Positions 1-9,233 of a stretch of DNA of 64,000 bases are shown here, in pieces. Position 1 is the stretch's first letter; every line of letters starts with the position of its first letter. Below the pieces are notes generated by a model that worked only from the letters and a program-made list of their open reading frames with translations, did no database searches and had not been told where the DNA came from. Both the position numbers and the translations under genes were made by a program. The stretch comes from a virus. The DNA is taken from the IMG/VR virus record IMGVR_UViG_3300030333_002322, one strand, 5' to 3'.

Positions 1-40
1 CATCTGGTAATGGTCTATATGTGTCCATATCCCACGTCAT
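1..40 (-). CDS. 5' fragment of a CDS running off the window (MTWDMDTYRPLPD...), possibly a small SET-like protein
   Basis: ATG at 40-38 just after the preceding stop, preceded by AGGA; only 13 codons visible. Confidence 0.35.
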   Translation of the reverse strand, partial: MTWDMDTYRPLPD

Positions 41-45
41 CTATC

Positions 46-195
46 CTAAACTACTTCTTCGATTATACCAAGGAACTCTGCTAATATTAGTAAAATCCCT
101 GCCCAATATATCTCTCCTAAAATTAATGCCATACCAGCAAAAATTCTAAGAACACTTTTATACATACTGACTTTAAAATGTCCGTCTACTTTCAT
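46..195 (-). CDS. small membrane protein (49 aa, MKVDGHF...)
   Basis: ATG overlaps the gp43 stop (ATGA); two hydrophobic segments. Confidence 0.7.
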   Translation of the reverse strand: MKVDGHFKVSMYKSVLRIFAGMALILGEIYWAGILLILAEFLGIIEEVV

Positions 196-2690
196 CCGAA
201 TAAATCCTCCAATGTTGCTTGTGGTTCTGTATGCCAACCAATAGGTTTTAAAATATTGTCCAACGGATCTACAAATGCCTTCTGCCATATTGTATCATAG
301 TCAACATACTTTTCTAATTCAAATTCCGTTGGTAACTTTCCTACAAATGCAATAGTATTTTCTCCTATTGCATTTGGCTCTTTCAAATAAACAAATTTAA
401 TCTTATCACCTTCTTGTATTTTCTCATACTTCATTTTAAGATTAAGTTTATCTACATAATAATTATATAACAAACCACCCCTAACATGGATAGGGCAACC
501 TTTAGTGTAAATATCTGCTCCACTTTTATATTTAAACATATTATTACACCCTCGAGGAAATGCTATTTCCTCTACTGCTTTGTCATTAAACTCTTTTCTA
601 GTGTTCTCTATAAACGAATGTAAAGTGTCCTCATCACTTGTTAATATTAATCTAACCGCCTCCTTTAGAGAGTCTCTAATAGGGCCAGGAGTACTACTTC
701 TTACAATTTCTAAACCCATAACCTTTAGTTTAGGTTCTTTAAGTCTTAGTCCTTCGTCATCATGTACATTTAAGGCATATCGTTTTTTAGCAACAAACAC
801 ACCTTTGTCTGCTATAATTTCTCGTTTAAAAACTAATTTATGAGCAAACGCATTTGTGTAATTGGCAAGTTTTGTCATTGCCTGTTCAATTGCTGGTTCT
901 ATCTTTTCTGTTGCAATCTTGTCAATTAGATCAATTGTTTTTTCCTTACCTTTGTCAGGGAAGAAGTTTTCAACCATATCCTTCAATGTAACATAACAAG
1001 AATCAGTATCAGAATAAAAAGAATAAATTTTATCTTCCGTGCCACATACTTTGTTAACATAATTATCTAATGCCTTTGCTGTGTCTCGAATAACCAATTG
1101 CCCTGTCATTGTAATACCTTCAGCAATCCTATCATCATAGAATCTAAAGTACTGATTCGCTAGGGCACCATATAAACTGTTTAATTGAATCTTTCTTGCC
1201 ATCTGGAAATTATTATATTTACTAATTTCATTCTGATAAACTTTAGCACCTGTTTCCTGGAACTTCCTTTGTGATTCCTGCATTAGTTTTTTGTATCTCA
1301 ATCTATCATCAAAAAACTTCTGTACTATCTCAGGAAATAAACCTTGTTTCTCTCTTGTGTAGCAAGTGCCATTAGCTGCCATGGCATAGTTCTTTTCTTT
1401 TAACTTGTCTAACTTATACCTTTCTAACAAGTCGTCAACTTTAACATCATAAGTATAACCACTTACAATAGTTTCAGGACTCATATTGTACTGCATAAGA
1501 ATAGAAGGATACAGACTTGTAGCATCAAAACTAGCAACCCAGTCATAACCACCAGGTTCAGGTTCTTGTACATATGCCCCTTCGATTTGTCTATCCTTTC
1601 TTCCACCACCTTGATGAATAACAATTTTCTTCTCCCATAGGTGATTATATAATAAACTATCCCAGGTTCTAACTGCTGAGAATACATCATTATAATTACA
1701 CTTAGCGTCGTATGTCATTGTAATAGCAAGTTCAATAAGTTTCATTTTATCTTCTAACTCATCAACAAGAACTGTGTCAACAATGTTATACTCTACAAAC
1801 CTATTCCAATCTTTCTCATAAAACTCTTTAAATGTTTCAAAACCAGATTCTAGTTTTTTATGACCTAGTTCTGTTTGTGCAATAAAGTCTAATTTATAAC
1901 TCTCTCTTGTAACATAAGTAAACTTCTTATATAAGTCTAAATAATCTAATTGTGCAACACCTACTATCTCATAGGCAGTCATTTCCCTTTGTTGGAATTT
2001 AACATTACGTCTTTGGACAATGCCAAATGGAGAATATTTTTTGTGTTCATTCTCTCCTAGGACTGCTTCTGTTCTTGCTAACAAATAGGGTATATCAAAT
2101 AACTGACTGTTCCAACCTGTAATAATATCAGGAGTATTATCTCTCCACCAACCTAGGAAATTTGTAAGTAGTTCTTTCTCATCTTTACAATCAATATATT
2201 CTATATCTAAATGTTTTGTATCTTCACCTGGAGTAAACTCCCCGAGTCCGAAGGTTGTTATCTTTTTGGTGTTGTTATTTTGAAGTGTGATAACTAACAT
2301 CTTCTCGCTCGGGGAGTCTACATTCGGAAAACCATGTTCCGAAGTCGTCTCTATATCAATAGAGTAAACCTGAATTTGTTTAGCATCCCATTGTATTTCA
2401 CCGGGATAGTTTTCTGTTATGTATTGATAGCCATAATAGTTTTGGCCATATATTGGAAAATTGTCTACGTCTTTGTATCTATCAAAAAAGGCGGTTGCCT
2501 CTTTGTTTGTCTCGAATTGGATAGGCGACACAGAGTCACCATAAATTGATTTATAGTCTGAGGGTTCATTTGATTTTACAAACAGGGTTGGGCGGAAATC
2601 ACGTCTTGCGGTAAAACGATGTCCGTGTTTGTCAACTCCACGAACCAAAATCTTGTCACCATAATGTCTTGCATAAGTATAAAAAGTCAT
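192..2690 (-). CDS. gp43: family B DNA polymerase, T4 gp43-like
   Basis: ExoI DIET, pol motifs SFDATSLYPS, KIQLNSLYG, YSDTDS; C-terminal clamp-binding TLEDLFG. Confidence 0.98.
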   Translation of the reverse strand: MTFYTYARHYGDKILVRGVDKHGHRFTARRDFRPTLFVKSNEPSDYKSIYGDSVSPIQFETNKEATAFFDRYKDVDNFPIYGQNYYGYQYITENYPGEIQWDAKQIQVYSIDIETTSEHGFPNVDSPSEKMLVITLQNNNTKKITTFGLGEFTPGEDTKHLDIEYIDCKDEKELLTNFLGWWRDNTPDIITGWNSQLFDIPYLLARTEAVLGENEHKKYSPFGIVQRRNVKFQQREMTAYEIVGVAQLDYLDLYKKFTYVTRESYKLDFIAQTELGHKKLESGFETFKEFYEKDWNRFVEYNIVDTVLVDELEDKMKLIELAITMTYDAKCNYNDVFSAVRTWDSLLYNHLWEKKIVIHQGGGRKDRQIEGAYVQEPEPGGYDWVASFDATSLYPSILMQYNMSPETIVSGYTYDVKVDDLLERYKLDKLKEKNYAMAANGTCYTREKQGLFPEIVQKFFDDRLRYKKLMQESQRKFQETGAKVYQNEISKYNNFQMARKIQLNSLYGALANQYFRFYDDRIAEGITMTGQLVIRDTAKALDNYVNKVCGTEDKIYSFYSDTDSCYVTLKDMVENFFPDKGKEKTIDLIDKIATEKIEPAIEQAMTKLANYTNAFAHKLVFKREIIADKGVFVAKKRYALNVHDDEGLRLKEPKLKVMGLEIVRSSTPGPIRDSLKEAVRLILTSDEDTLHSFIENTRKEFNDKAVEEIAFPRGCNNMFKYKSGADIYTKGCPIHVRGGLLYNYYVDKLNLKMKYEKIQEGDKIKFVYLKEPNAIGENTIAFVGKLPTEFELEKYVDYDTIWQKAFVDPLDNILKPIGWHTEPQATLEDLFG

Positions 2691-2716
2691 AACAACACCA
2701 ATTTATTCATACTGTA

Positions 2717-2745
2717 ATTATAGGCTCTTACGAACCTAGAGTCAA
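2717..2745 (-). promoter_or_regulatory. sigma70 promoter for gp43 (TTGACT-17-TATAAT) with palindromic spacer
   Basis: minus strand TTGACT CTAGGTTCGTAAGAGCC TATAAT. Confidence 0.85.
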
Positions 2746-3147
2746 TTATAATTCTTTAACTCTGGTCCTATTGCGCAAGTGGCCTTCTGCTATTTCTGCT
2801 TTACTTGCACCATGGTATGAAACTGCATGATGTTTTAATATCATAAGTTCATTTATATTTGTTTTGTCATCTAGACTAAGAAATTCACCGAGGATTCTTC
2901 CGTATTTACCTTTTGAGTCAAGCCTCGTTTTGAGTATAGCTCCATCTTTAAGTTGTTCTGTGATGAACGCCTTTGCCATAAGTCCATACTTCTTTTCTTC
3001 GAGGTCACGGGTTCTACTTTCCGGGGTGTCAATTCCGTATAACCTAATTCTTTGTTTCTTGAGCCATACACCGAAGCCCAGGTCGATATCCACATCTACT
3101 GTATCTCCGTCTATAATTTTGACTACATTAATTCTATATTCATACAT
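2746..3147 (-). CDS. thermonuclease (SNase-like) family protein
   Basis: IIDGDTVDVDIDLG, RIRLYGIDTPE, GKYGRILG motifs. Confidence 0.9.
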   Translation of the reverse strand: MYEYRINVVKIIDGDTVDVDIDLGFGVWLKKQRIRLYGIDTPESRTRDLEEKKYGLMAKAFITEQLKDGAILKTRLDSKGKYGRILGEFLSLDDKTNINELMILKHHAVSYHGASKAEIAEGHLRNRTRVKEL

Positions 3148-3480
3148 TTACTTTCCTTCGTTTAATATTTTTTTATTTATAAGTTCAGGCTGTATGATAC
3201 CTGAGCCATATCTTTTGTTATACTCGTTCTTCATTTGAACTTCTGGCTCGTATAACGAAACAACATGGGTAGGGAAAATAGGAACTTTATGTTCCTTTGC
3301 GAAGGGTGCATAAGGAGCAAGTCCCACGCCAAATTCTGTTTCAGAATCTCCCTTAGGTTGCATGAATATAATTGCAGGTTTTGTTAATATCAAAAACTGT
3401 TTATCTTCAATATCAGCCTCTGATACATCTGCTATTAATTCTTCTCCTGTGGTTAATTTTACTATCTGAACGTTTGACAT
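3148..3480 (-). CDS. conserved T4-like hypothetical protein (Sm-like fold)
   Basis: IVKLTTGEELIA N-terminus and Y...GSGII C-terminus; usual position after hsp20. Confidence 0.7.
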   Translation of the reverse strand: MSNVQIVKLTTGEELIADVSEADIEDKQFLILTKPAIIFMQPKGDSETEFGVGLAPYAPFAKEHKVPIFPTHVVSLYEPEVQMKNEYNKRYGSGIIQPELINKKILNEGK

Positions 3481-3498
3481 GCTCCTTATCTCCTATAA

Positions 3499-3954
3499 TT
3501 ATTTAATTTCTATCACTTGTGGTTTCTGAGATTCTGGAATAACATTTTCTAATGCTATTGATAGAATACCATCAACATATTCTGCAGATCTAATTTCAAT
3601 AGTATCTGCAAGGTTCCAAGCTCTTTTAAAGTTTCTGCCACCTATACCTTTGTGTATATAGTCTGCTTCTTCTTTTTCAGTTTGGATTCCTTCTACGAGT
3701 AGAAGCGAACCTTTTGTATCGGTTGATTCTTTTCGTATAGTTATCTCATCTTTCTTAAAACCTGATACGGCAATTTCAATAAGATAATTTTCTTCGTCCA
3801 CCTTTTTAACATTGTATGGAGGATAAGAACTTTGGACACCAGGATTAGATGCTGTGATAGCATCAAACACTTTGTTAAATCCAATAAATTCTCTCTCTAT
3901 TTGTGGAAATGTCGAGACAAAATTGTCCCAATTTGTAGTTTTTACTCTAACCAT
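3499..3954 (-). CDS. hsp20: small heat shock protein Hsp20/IbpA
   Basis: SYPPYNV, IEIAVSGF, YIHKGIGGRNFKR, DGILSI motifs. Confidence 0.95.
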   Translation of the reverse strand: MVRVKTTNWDNFVSTFPQIEREFIGFNKVFDAITASNPGVQSSYPPYNVKKVDEENYLIEIAVSGFKKDEITIRKESTDTKGSLLLVEGIQTEKEEADYIHKGIGGRNFKRAWNLADTIEIRSAEYVDGILSIALENVIPESQKPQVIEIK

Positions 3955-3960
3955 TTTTTT

Positions 3961-4010
3961 CTCCTTTATTAAGCGAGTTATTAAACTGCAGACCCATAAT
4001 TGGCATCTGC
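3961..4010 (-). promoter_or_regulatory. ROSE-like RNA thermometer in the hsp20 leader
   Basis: CUC(G)CUU-AAUA-AAGGAG hairpin with a bulged G masks the SD; upstream hairpin GCAGA...TCTGC. Confidence 0.65.
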
Positions 4011-4066
4011 TATAATATATATAATACTTTTATTCAAAATTACAAGTTCTTTTGGTATAATTTACC

Positions 4067-5326
4067 CTAAAATTTTACATCAAAGGTTTTGTTAAAATCT
4101 GTGCCTCTTCTTATATCATGTTCTTTTACAAAGTTCCAAAAATCTTTTCTATGTTTTTCTAGTTCTTCACCTTCGAATCTATTTGCCTTTATCCACTCTA
4201 CAGACTTCTGAAATTTTACAACCTCTCCTTCTGTAAACTGAGGATAGGTTTTCATTGATTTTAATCCTTCTTCCATAATACTTATATGAGTATCGTCGGC
4301 AATTTGTGCTGAGAGGTGTTTTGGATCTACCATATAAGGCATGTCTATTGTTAGATGAGGAAAGGTTTGTTTCATCTCTGCCATTTTAAAAATGAATTCT
4401 TGTATATTGAATATAGATAAGAAATTAAATGTACACATGATACCTACTTCTATTCCATTAGCTAATATTCTAAGTAGGTTTTCTTCAAATTGATCTACTT
4501 TTAATCCATGTCTAATATACTCTGCTTGTTTCCCCCATGAATCTATACTGGCATATATTCTAGTATTAGGTATATCTTTTGCTTGGTTAATATATTTTTG
4601 TACTCTTTCTTTCGTAACCATAAGATTAGAATTACAATGGAATGTCAATCCTTCTCTAGGATTTGCCTTAACATATTTTAGAAGTTTATATGTATTCTTA
4701 TCTAATAAAGGCTCTCCTCCTGTTACTCTAAGAACAAATAAATGTTCATATGCCTGTGGAAACCATTTCCAAAACTTATCTACATAGGGAGAGTTTTCTA
4801 TTTGAGGATTATCTATAACATTATAGTCCTCAGATAGTTTATAAGGACCATGCTCTTGTATTTCTTTTTCCCATGAAGTACTAAACACAGGACCACAATA
4901 ACTACATGACATTTGACATTTATTTGTGAAAGATATTTCTAAATATTTAGGATACACATAATCTAGTCCTGCGTCTGTTGCTTCTTTGACTATATGTCTA
5001 TTATGTTTAAAAAATTGAGCTGCAAGTGTTTGCCTATCTGATATCTCACCAAGATCCTCTACTTCCCAACAATAAGAGCACTCTGAAGGTCTGCTACCTT
5101 GCAACATCTCTGCTCTTTTTTCTATTTTTTGAGGTGTGTTATGTAAGTCAGAGTCTAAAGGAATTTTCTGTGTAGGACAATGATAACAGGAATGACTTTG
5201 CCCTGTTCCTAAGTGCATTTCTAAATGATACCATTTTAGTACACAGAAACCAGGCCCTACTTTATCCTGTTCGTCTTTGATAAGTTGGAGGGCTTCTATT
5301 TGATTTTTATTTAGCTTTCTTTCCAA
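4067..5326 (-). CDS. radical SAM protein with N-terminal twitch/SPASM-like Cys cluster
   Basis: CQMSCSYC, TGGEPLL, N-terminal FC..KW...SCYHC...CSYCW. Confidence 0.9.
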   Translation of the reverse strand: MERKLNKNQIEALQLIKDEQDKVGPGFCVLKWYHLEMHLGTGQSHSCYHCPTQKIPLDSDLHNTPQKIEKRAEMLQGSRPSECSYCWEVEDLGEISDRQTLAAQFFKHNRHIVKEATDAGLDYVYPKYLEISFTNKCQMSCSYCGPVFSTSWEKEIQEHGPYKLSEDYNVIDNPQIENSPYVDKFWKWFPQAYEHLFVLRVTGGEPLLDKNTYKLLKYVKANPREGLTFHCNSNLMVTKERVQKYINQAKDIPNTRIYASIDSWGKQAEYIRHGLKVDQFEENLLRILANGIEVGIMCTFNFLSIFNIQEFIFKMAEMKQTFPHLTIDMPYMVDPKHLSAQIADDTHISIMEEGLKSMKTYPQFTEGEVVKFQKSVEWIKANRFEGEELEKHRKDFWNFVKEHDIRRGTDFNKTFDVKF

Positions 5327-5729
5327 TATTGTACTTGGGGATTAATTCCCATTCACCCTTCTCTTTAAACGATATAATTTTTATTTGGCTTAAAGGTGCG
5401 TAGTCTAGTTCTTGTTCTGTAACTATGTCTACAAGACCCCAATCGGATAATAGTTTGCCTATAGTATTTCTTCGTTCTAAATCATTGTCTTGGAAGTCAG
5501 CTTCCTTGCCATCTAAAGCAAAAAGTTCTTTGAAGTGTGTTATAAAGTATCTACCTTTCTTATGTAAGATGTGGCAGGACTGATAAAGCACTTTGTCCTT
5601 TTTTGAAGCTACTCCAATTCTTGACAATGTTTCACGAACTTTAAGAAAATCCTCTGGATCTTTTAGTGAAACTTCTAAGGGTGTGTACCCTGGATAGTCA
5701 ATATTAAAGTAATTCTCTTGATCACTCAT
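5307..5729 (-). CDS. regA: translational repressor RegA
   Basis: DFLKVRETLSRIGVAS, LYQSCHILHKKGRYFITHFKELFALDG. Confidence 0.97.
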   Translation of the reverse strand: MSDQENYFNIDYPGYTPLEVSLKDPEDFLKVRETLSRIGVASKKDKVLYQSCHILHKKGRYFITHFKELFALDGKEADFQDNDLERRNTIGKLLSDWGLVDIVTEQELDYAPLSQIKIISFKEKGEWELIPKYNIGKKAK

Positions 5730-5775
5730 TTCAATACGTCTCGTTTATTCTATATAAATTTTGGTTATAATACCT

Positions 5776-5783
5776 TATTTATA
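5776..5783 (-). promoter_or_regulatory. T4 late promoter TATAAATA upstream of regA
   Basis: exact octamer overlapping the gp62 stop. Confidence 0.55.
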
Positions 5784-6240
5784 TTTTGCCACCTTTAGAC
5801 GTACTCAAATGTAGCTTAATTAAGTCTATATCTGTCTGAGAAAGCAGATTTAATGCTTCTTTTGCCTTAAAAAAGCTATATCCGAAGAATTTTTGTATTG
5901 TTTCTATATTCTCTTCTTCAGACTTTAACCATTTGTTATATCGTTTGGCTTTTCTTACCACACTCTTAAGAAAGTCATATTGTAACTTTTTATCCAAGTG
6001 AGGTCTTGCATTCATTTCATTTCCTGCAATAATAGTGTCTTTTCCAAAACCCATTGCTCTATTAACGATGAAAGCATTGTATTCATTTTCTGTTCTTTCA
6101 TCTACAATTAAGTTTTCTTTAGTATAATTGATGCTATTAGCAAAATCGAAGGGAGATATCTTTTTCAGTTTTTCCTGAAACTCTTCCTCATTGATTTCTT
6201 CTACAGGATCGCCAAATCCTTCTAATATACTATCGCTCAT
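5779..6240 (-). CDS. gp62: clamp loader small subunit gp62
   Basis: PFDFANSIN, YNAFIVNR, LQYDFL, FGYS...KAKEAL; synteny with gp44 and regA. Confidence 0.92.
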   Translation of the reverse strand: MSDSILEGFGDPVEEINEEEFQEKLKKISPFDFANSINYTKENLIVDERTENEYNAFIVNRAMGFGKDTIIAGNEMNARPHLDKKLQYDFLKSVVRKAKRYNKWLKSEEENIETIQKFFGYSFFKAKEALNLLSQTDIDLIKLHLSTSKGGKI

Positions 6241-6314
6241 ATTGAACTAATTATTAACATTATTATAATAAAAAATACTGCTACTATTTTTATGTCTAAA
6301 TCGTTGTGGTCCAT
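6237..6314 (-). CDS. 25-aa hydrophobic microprotein (MDHNDLDIKIVAVFFIIIMLIISSI)
   Basis: hand-translated; TAATG and ATGA overlaps with both neighbours. Confidence 0.45.
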   Translation of the reverse strand: MDHNDLDIKIVAVFFIIIMLIISSI

Positions 6315-6478
6315 TAAAAATGCCTTAAAACACCTGCTATAATAAAAAAGCAGGTTATGAAATTTACACCTACGACTATTGTTCTAAGGATAGCCACCAT
6401 ATCAGCTTCCTTTGAATCATCGCTAGCTTTTTCTCCTAAAGATAAACACCACAATCTCCATAATTTACTTAAAGTCAA
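6314..6478 (-). CDS. small membrane protein (LWRLWCLSLGEKASDDSKEADMVAILRT...)
   Basis: hand-translated 54-aa ORF with TTG start; resembles a small protein common in marine myoviruses. Confidence 0.65.
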   Translation of the reverse strand: MTLSKLWRLWCLSLGEKASDDSKEADMVAILRTIVVGVNFITCFFIIAGVLRHF

Positions 6479-6629
6479 TGTATTGTCCTTCTTTTAAAAT
6501 ACTGTAACCTTTTAATAATAGTTCAGTTACAGTGGTTTCCCTTATTTTTGCTTCTTCCTTGATTTCTTCCTTCAATGAGGAAGGTAGACGAATTATGATA
6601 TTTGCGTCTTTTGACTCTTTCTGTGCCAT
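6465..6629 (-). CDS. ribbon-helix-helix (CopG/Arc-like) DNA-binding protein, 54 aa
   Basis: hand-translated MAQKESKDANIIIRLPSSLKEEIKEEAKIRETTVTELLLKGY...; strand-helix-helix pattern; starts immediately after the gp44 stop. Confidence 0.65.
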   Translation of the reverse strand: MAQKESKDANIIIRLPSSLKEEIKEEAKIRETTVTELLLKGYSILKEGQYIDFK

Positions 6630-7568
6630 TTACTTAAATTCCACATTCGCCATAATTTCTGTCAAACATGCCGTCAAGTTAATTTCCTGATCTGCAACGA
6701 ATGCTGCTTTATACTGATAATCTGCAATTAACAAGACTAACTGAGGAATACTCTTAATTTCAGGAAGTAGAGTATCGTATATCTGTCTAAATATACCCTG
6801 AGGGTCAGTATCTACATTATTTACGACCCACTGTCTCATCTTTTTCCAATCCTTTTCCCTTAGACTCTCTATAAGGGCCTTAGCATTGATTTCCTGAAAG
6901 TTACTTAATATACCCTCATCAATATTATTCCCTGCACTGTAACGCTGCAGTTCATTTATAACCCTTCTATAATCGGGAAAATACTTGTTTAGGAGCTCCG
7001 CTAGTACCCTCTGGTTATACTCTACACCCTCGGTATCTAGTATGTACTCCATCCTTTTTAGGAACTTAGAGGCTAATGTAGGGCGATCTGAGGGTGCTAA
7101 CTTAAAGTCTATAACAGTAGTCCTGCTATGTAGAGGGTCTATTAACCTATTAGCATAGTTACATGTAAATATAAATCTACAGTTCTCAGAGAACGTCTCT
7201 ATGAACCCTCTAAGGGCTGGTTGTACACTATCCCTATTCATATAGTCTGCCTCATCTAGGATAACAACCTTAGTCTTACCCTCAAAAGAAACAGCACTAG
7301 CAAAGTTTCGTATCTTAGTTCTGAGGGTATCTATTTGTCTACCTTCATCACTACCATTAATAATAATGTAATCACAACCTAGCTCATTACATAATGCGCG
7401 TGCAATAGTTGTCTTACCTGTTCCTGCACTACCACTTAATAATAGATTAGGAACCTCTCCCTTTAATATAAATTGCTTAAACTGTTCTTTTACCTCATCA
7501 GGTATAATACAGTCATCTATTGTTGTGGGTCTATATTTCTCGACCCATAAGAATTGTCCAGGTTCCAT
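6630..7568 (-). CDS. gp44: clamp loader ATPase subunit gp44
   Basis: LWVEKYRP, GSAGTGKTT, ILDEAD, PLHSR, AFVADQEIN. Confidence 0.97.
   Translation of the reverse strand: MEPGQFLWVEKYRPTTIDDCIIPDEVKEQFKQFILKGEVPNLLLSGSAGTGKTTIARALCNELGCDYIIINGSDEGRQIDTLRTKIRNFASAVSFEGKTKVVILDEADYMNRDSVQPALRGFIETFSENCRFIFTCNYANRLIDPLHSRTTVIDFKLAPSDRPTLASKFLKRMEYILDTEGVEYNQRVLAELLNKYFPDYRRVINELQRYSAGNNIDEGILSNFQEINAKALIESLREKDWKKMRQWVVNNVDTDPQGIFRQIYDTLLPEIKSIPQLVLLIADYQYKAAFVADQEINLTACLTEIMANVEFK
6795..7328. repeat. cluster of 9 ACCCTC/GAGGGT hexamers (11 ACCCT/AGGGT) inside gp44
   Basis: copies at 6800, 6912, 7006, 7026, 7090, 7133, 7205, 7278, 7323, in both orientations. Confidence 0.75.
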
Positions 7569-7641
7569 AATCTACATTCTCCAAACTAGCGAACTTTTTT
7601 TGCTCCAAAATTCTGGCCTTTTTTTCCTCGACATTTTTGAA

Positions 7642-8316
7642 TTATCTGATTTTCTCCTTAACAGAAGTCGAATCTGAAAGTTCAAGATCTATATGCTTAC
7701 CTTCTGCCTCAGCGATAGCATCGTCTAAGTCACCAAAGGTTTCAAGTTTATTACTAACAGGCTCATCATTAAGGCTAGTAGTAACAGCTGGCCAACCAAA
7801 GGCTTTAACATTGTCCAGAACATTTTCTGGTTTACTTTTTTCATAAGGATCTCCTTCAATGTCGTCTCCAAATCCTTCTTCAACACCTGACCAGACAAGT
7901 TCTTTGTCATCATATATGCCAGCATATCTCCATGACCTTACACCAAAACCTAGGTTGTCTTTTCTAACATCCATACCTAATTTAATAGTAAAGTCTGCAC
8001 TACCATCTGGTAATAGTTTAACATTAACAAGGTTCTGATCTATTGCCCACTCGTTCATAACGAATGTATCATTAACACTAACGCAATAAATATCATCTAT
8101 TCCTGCTAGTCTAAACTCATGATATAAAGCTTCAAAACCTGGTAACTGTTGACCAGAACATGTAGGGGTAAACGCTCCAGGCAATCCAAATACAACAATC
8201 CTTTTTCCTTCGAATAAATCTATAGAATTAAGATCAATCCACTTGCTTACGCCGTCAATTGTCTTAACATGTTTCTTAAAAATTGCTGGAGGTATTTGTG
8301 GGTTTAATTCACTCAT
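7642..8316 (-). CDS. peroxiredoxin (Prx5/redoxin family)
   Basis: LPGAFTPTCS, SVNDTFVMNEW, GFGVRSWRY; start moved to MSELNPQ. Confidence 0.92.
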   Translation of the reverse strand: MSELNPQIPPAIFKKHVKTIDGVSKWIDLNSIDLFEGKRIVVFGLPGAFTPTCSGQQLPGFEALYHEFRLAGIDDIYCVSVNDTFVMNEWAIDQNLVNVKLLPDGSADFTIKLGMDVRKDNLGFGVRSWRYAGIYDDKELVWSGVEEGFGDDIEGDPYEKSKPENVLDNVKAFGWPAVTTSLNDEPVSNKLETFGDLDDAIAEAEGKHIDLELSDSTSVKEKIR

Positions 8317-8491
8317 CTGTTTCCTCCTGAGAAAATACATCTAACTCACCCTTCATTACTTTTCTAACGAGTGAGATAGCTGGGTTAGGGCGAGTAAATA
8401 TATACTCAACTGTCTCACCAAATTTGTTGAATTCAACAATCCAACCGTTTGTCGCCTCTCTTAAAGAGACCTCTAACTTTTCTTCATCCAT
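8309..8491 (-). CDS. hypothetical protein
   Basis: 60-aa ORF with GGAG SD, overlapping the next gene. Confidence 0.65.
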   Translation of the reverse strand: MDEEKLEVSLREATNGWIVEFNKFGETVEYIFTRPNPAISLVRKVMKGELDVFSQEETDE

Positions 8492-8500
8492 TGTGTCTCC

Positions 8501-9157
8501 TTATATATCTGATGAACGCTCAAGCGCCAACCAGTATTTCAAATCACCTTTACTGCTTTCTAAGAACATAAACTTCTTCTGAGAAAGAGTAACACTATAA
8601 CTACCAGGGATAACCTTAAAGTTTTCCATTGCTAGTTTAGCATCAAAGGTTTTATCGGTATTACCTATTACTTGTCTAAAACTATTAGACTTAGGTGTGC
8701 TAGGGTCACCAACACTAACTACAACCTCTCCATTATCACCTACCACACTTAACATAGGACCTGCTGTAATAGCAGCTGCCTTAAGTATCATGTCTACATC
8801 TTCTTTAGTTAAGTCAAACTGGAAGAAGTTGTCTACGTCAATACTCTTGTCAGGTGCACTAACAATAATATTAGGATCTGCATAGAAATATTCAAACCTT
8901 GAGTTGCCTTTCGTAACCACAAGTGATTCGTCTCCAAACTCAACGTCTGTGTCTTCCATTAATGTAAGTAATGAAAGCAAACTATTTAGATCATAGATTG
9001 CAAATTCTTTAGGGAAGGATTCTTTAACCTCAGCTTTGGCAAATATGTTTTTACCTGTGCTGATAGTTGAAAGAGTATTACCTTCTCGGACAAGAATGTT
9101 TGTATTGATTGTAGCAAAGTTCTTGAGGACTTCAAGAGTTTGTTTACTAATTTTCAT
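8501..9157 (-). CDS. gp45: sliding clamp gp45
   Basis: MKISKQTLEVLKNFATIN, FAIYDLN, YWLALE. Confidence 0.96.
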   Translation of the reverse strand: MKISKQTLEVLKNFATINTNILVREGNTLSTISTGKNIFAKAEVKESFPKEFAIYDLNSLLSLLTLMEDTDVEFGDESLVVTKGNSRFEYFYADPNIIVSAPDKSIDVDNFFQFDLTKEDVDMILKAAAITAGPMLSVVGDNGEVVVSVGDPSTPKSNSFRQVIGNTDKTFDAKLAMENFKVIPGSYSVTLSQKKFMFLESSKGDLKYWLALERSSDI

Positions 9158-9187
9158 AATATACTCCAAATTTAAATCTATAAACAC

Positions 9188-9216
9188 ATTATAGATTCTT
9201 TCATACTAAAAGTCAA
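9188..9216 (-). promoter_or_regulatory. sigma70 promoter for the gp45 operon
   Basis: TTGACT TTTAGTATGAAAGAATC TATAAT. Confidence 0.8.
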
Positions 9217-9233
9217 TATAGTAGGGTACCGTT

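Noticed and set aside
7572-7634. 20-aa basic ORF MSRKKRPEFWSKKSSLVWRM upstream of gp44
   Set aside because: Too short, weak SD, no supporting pattern
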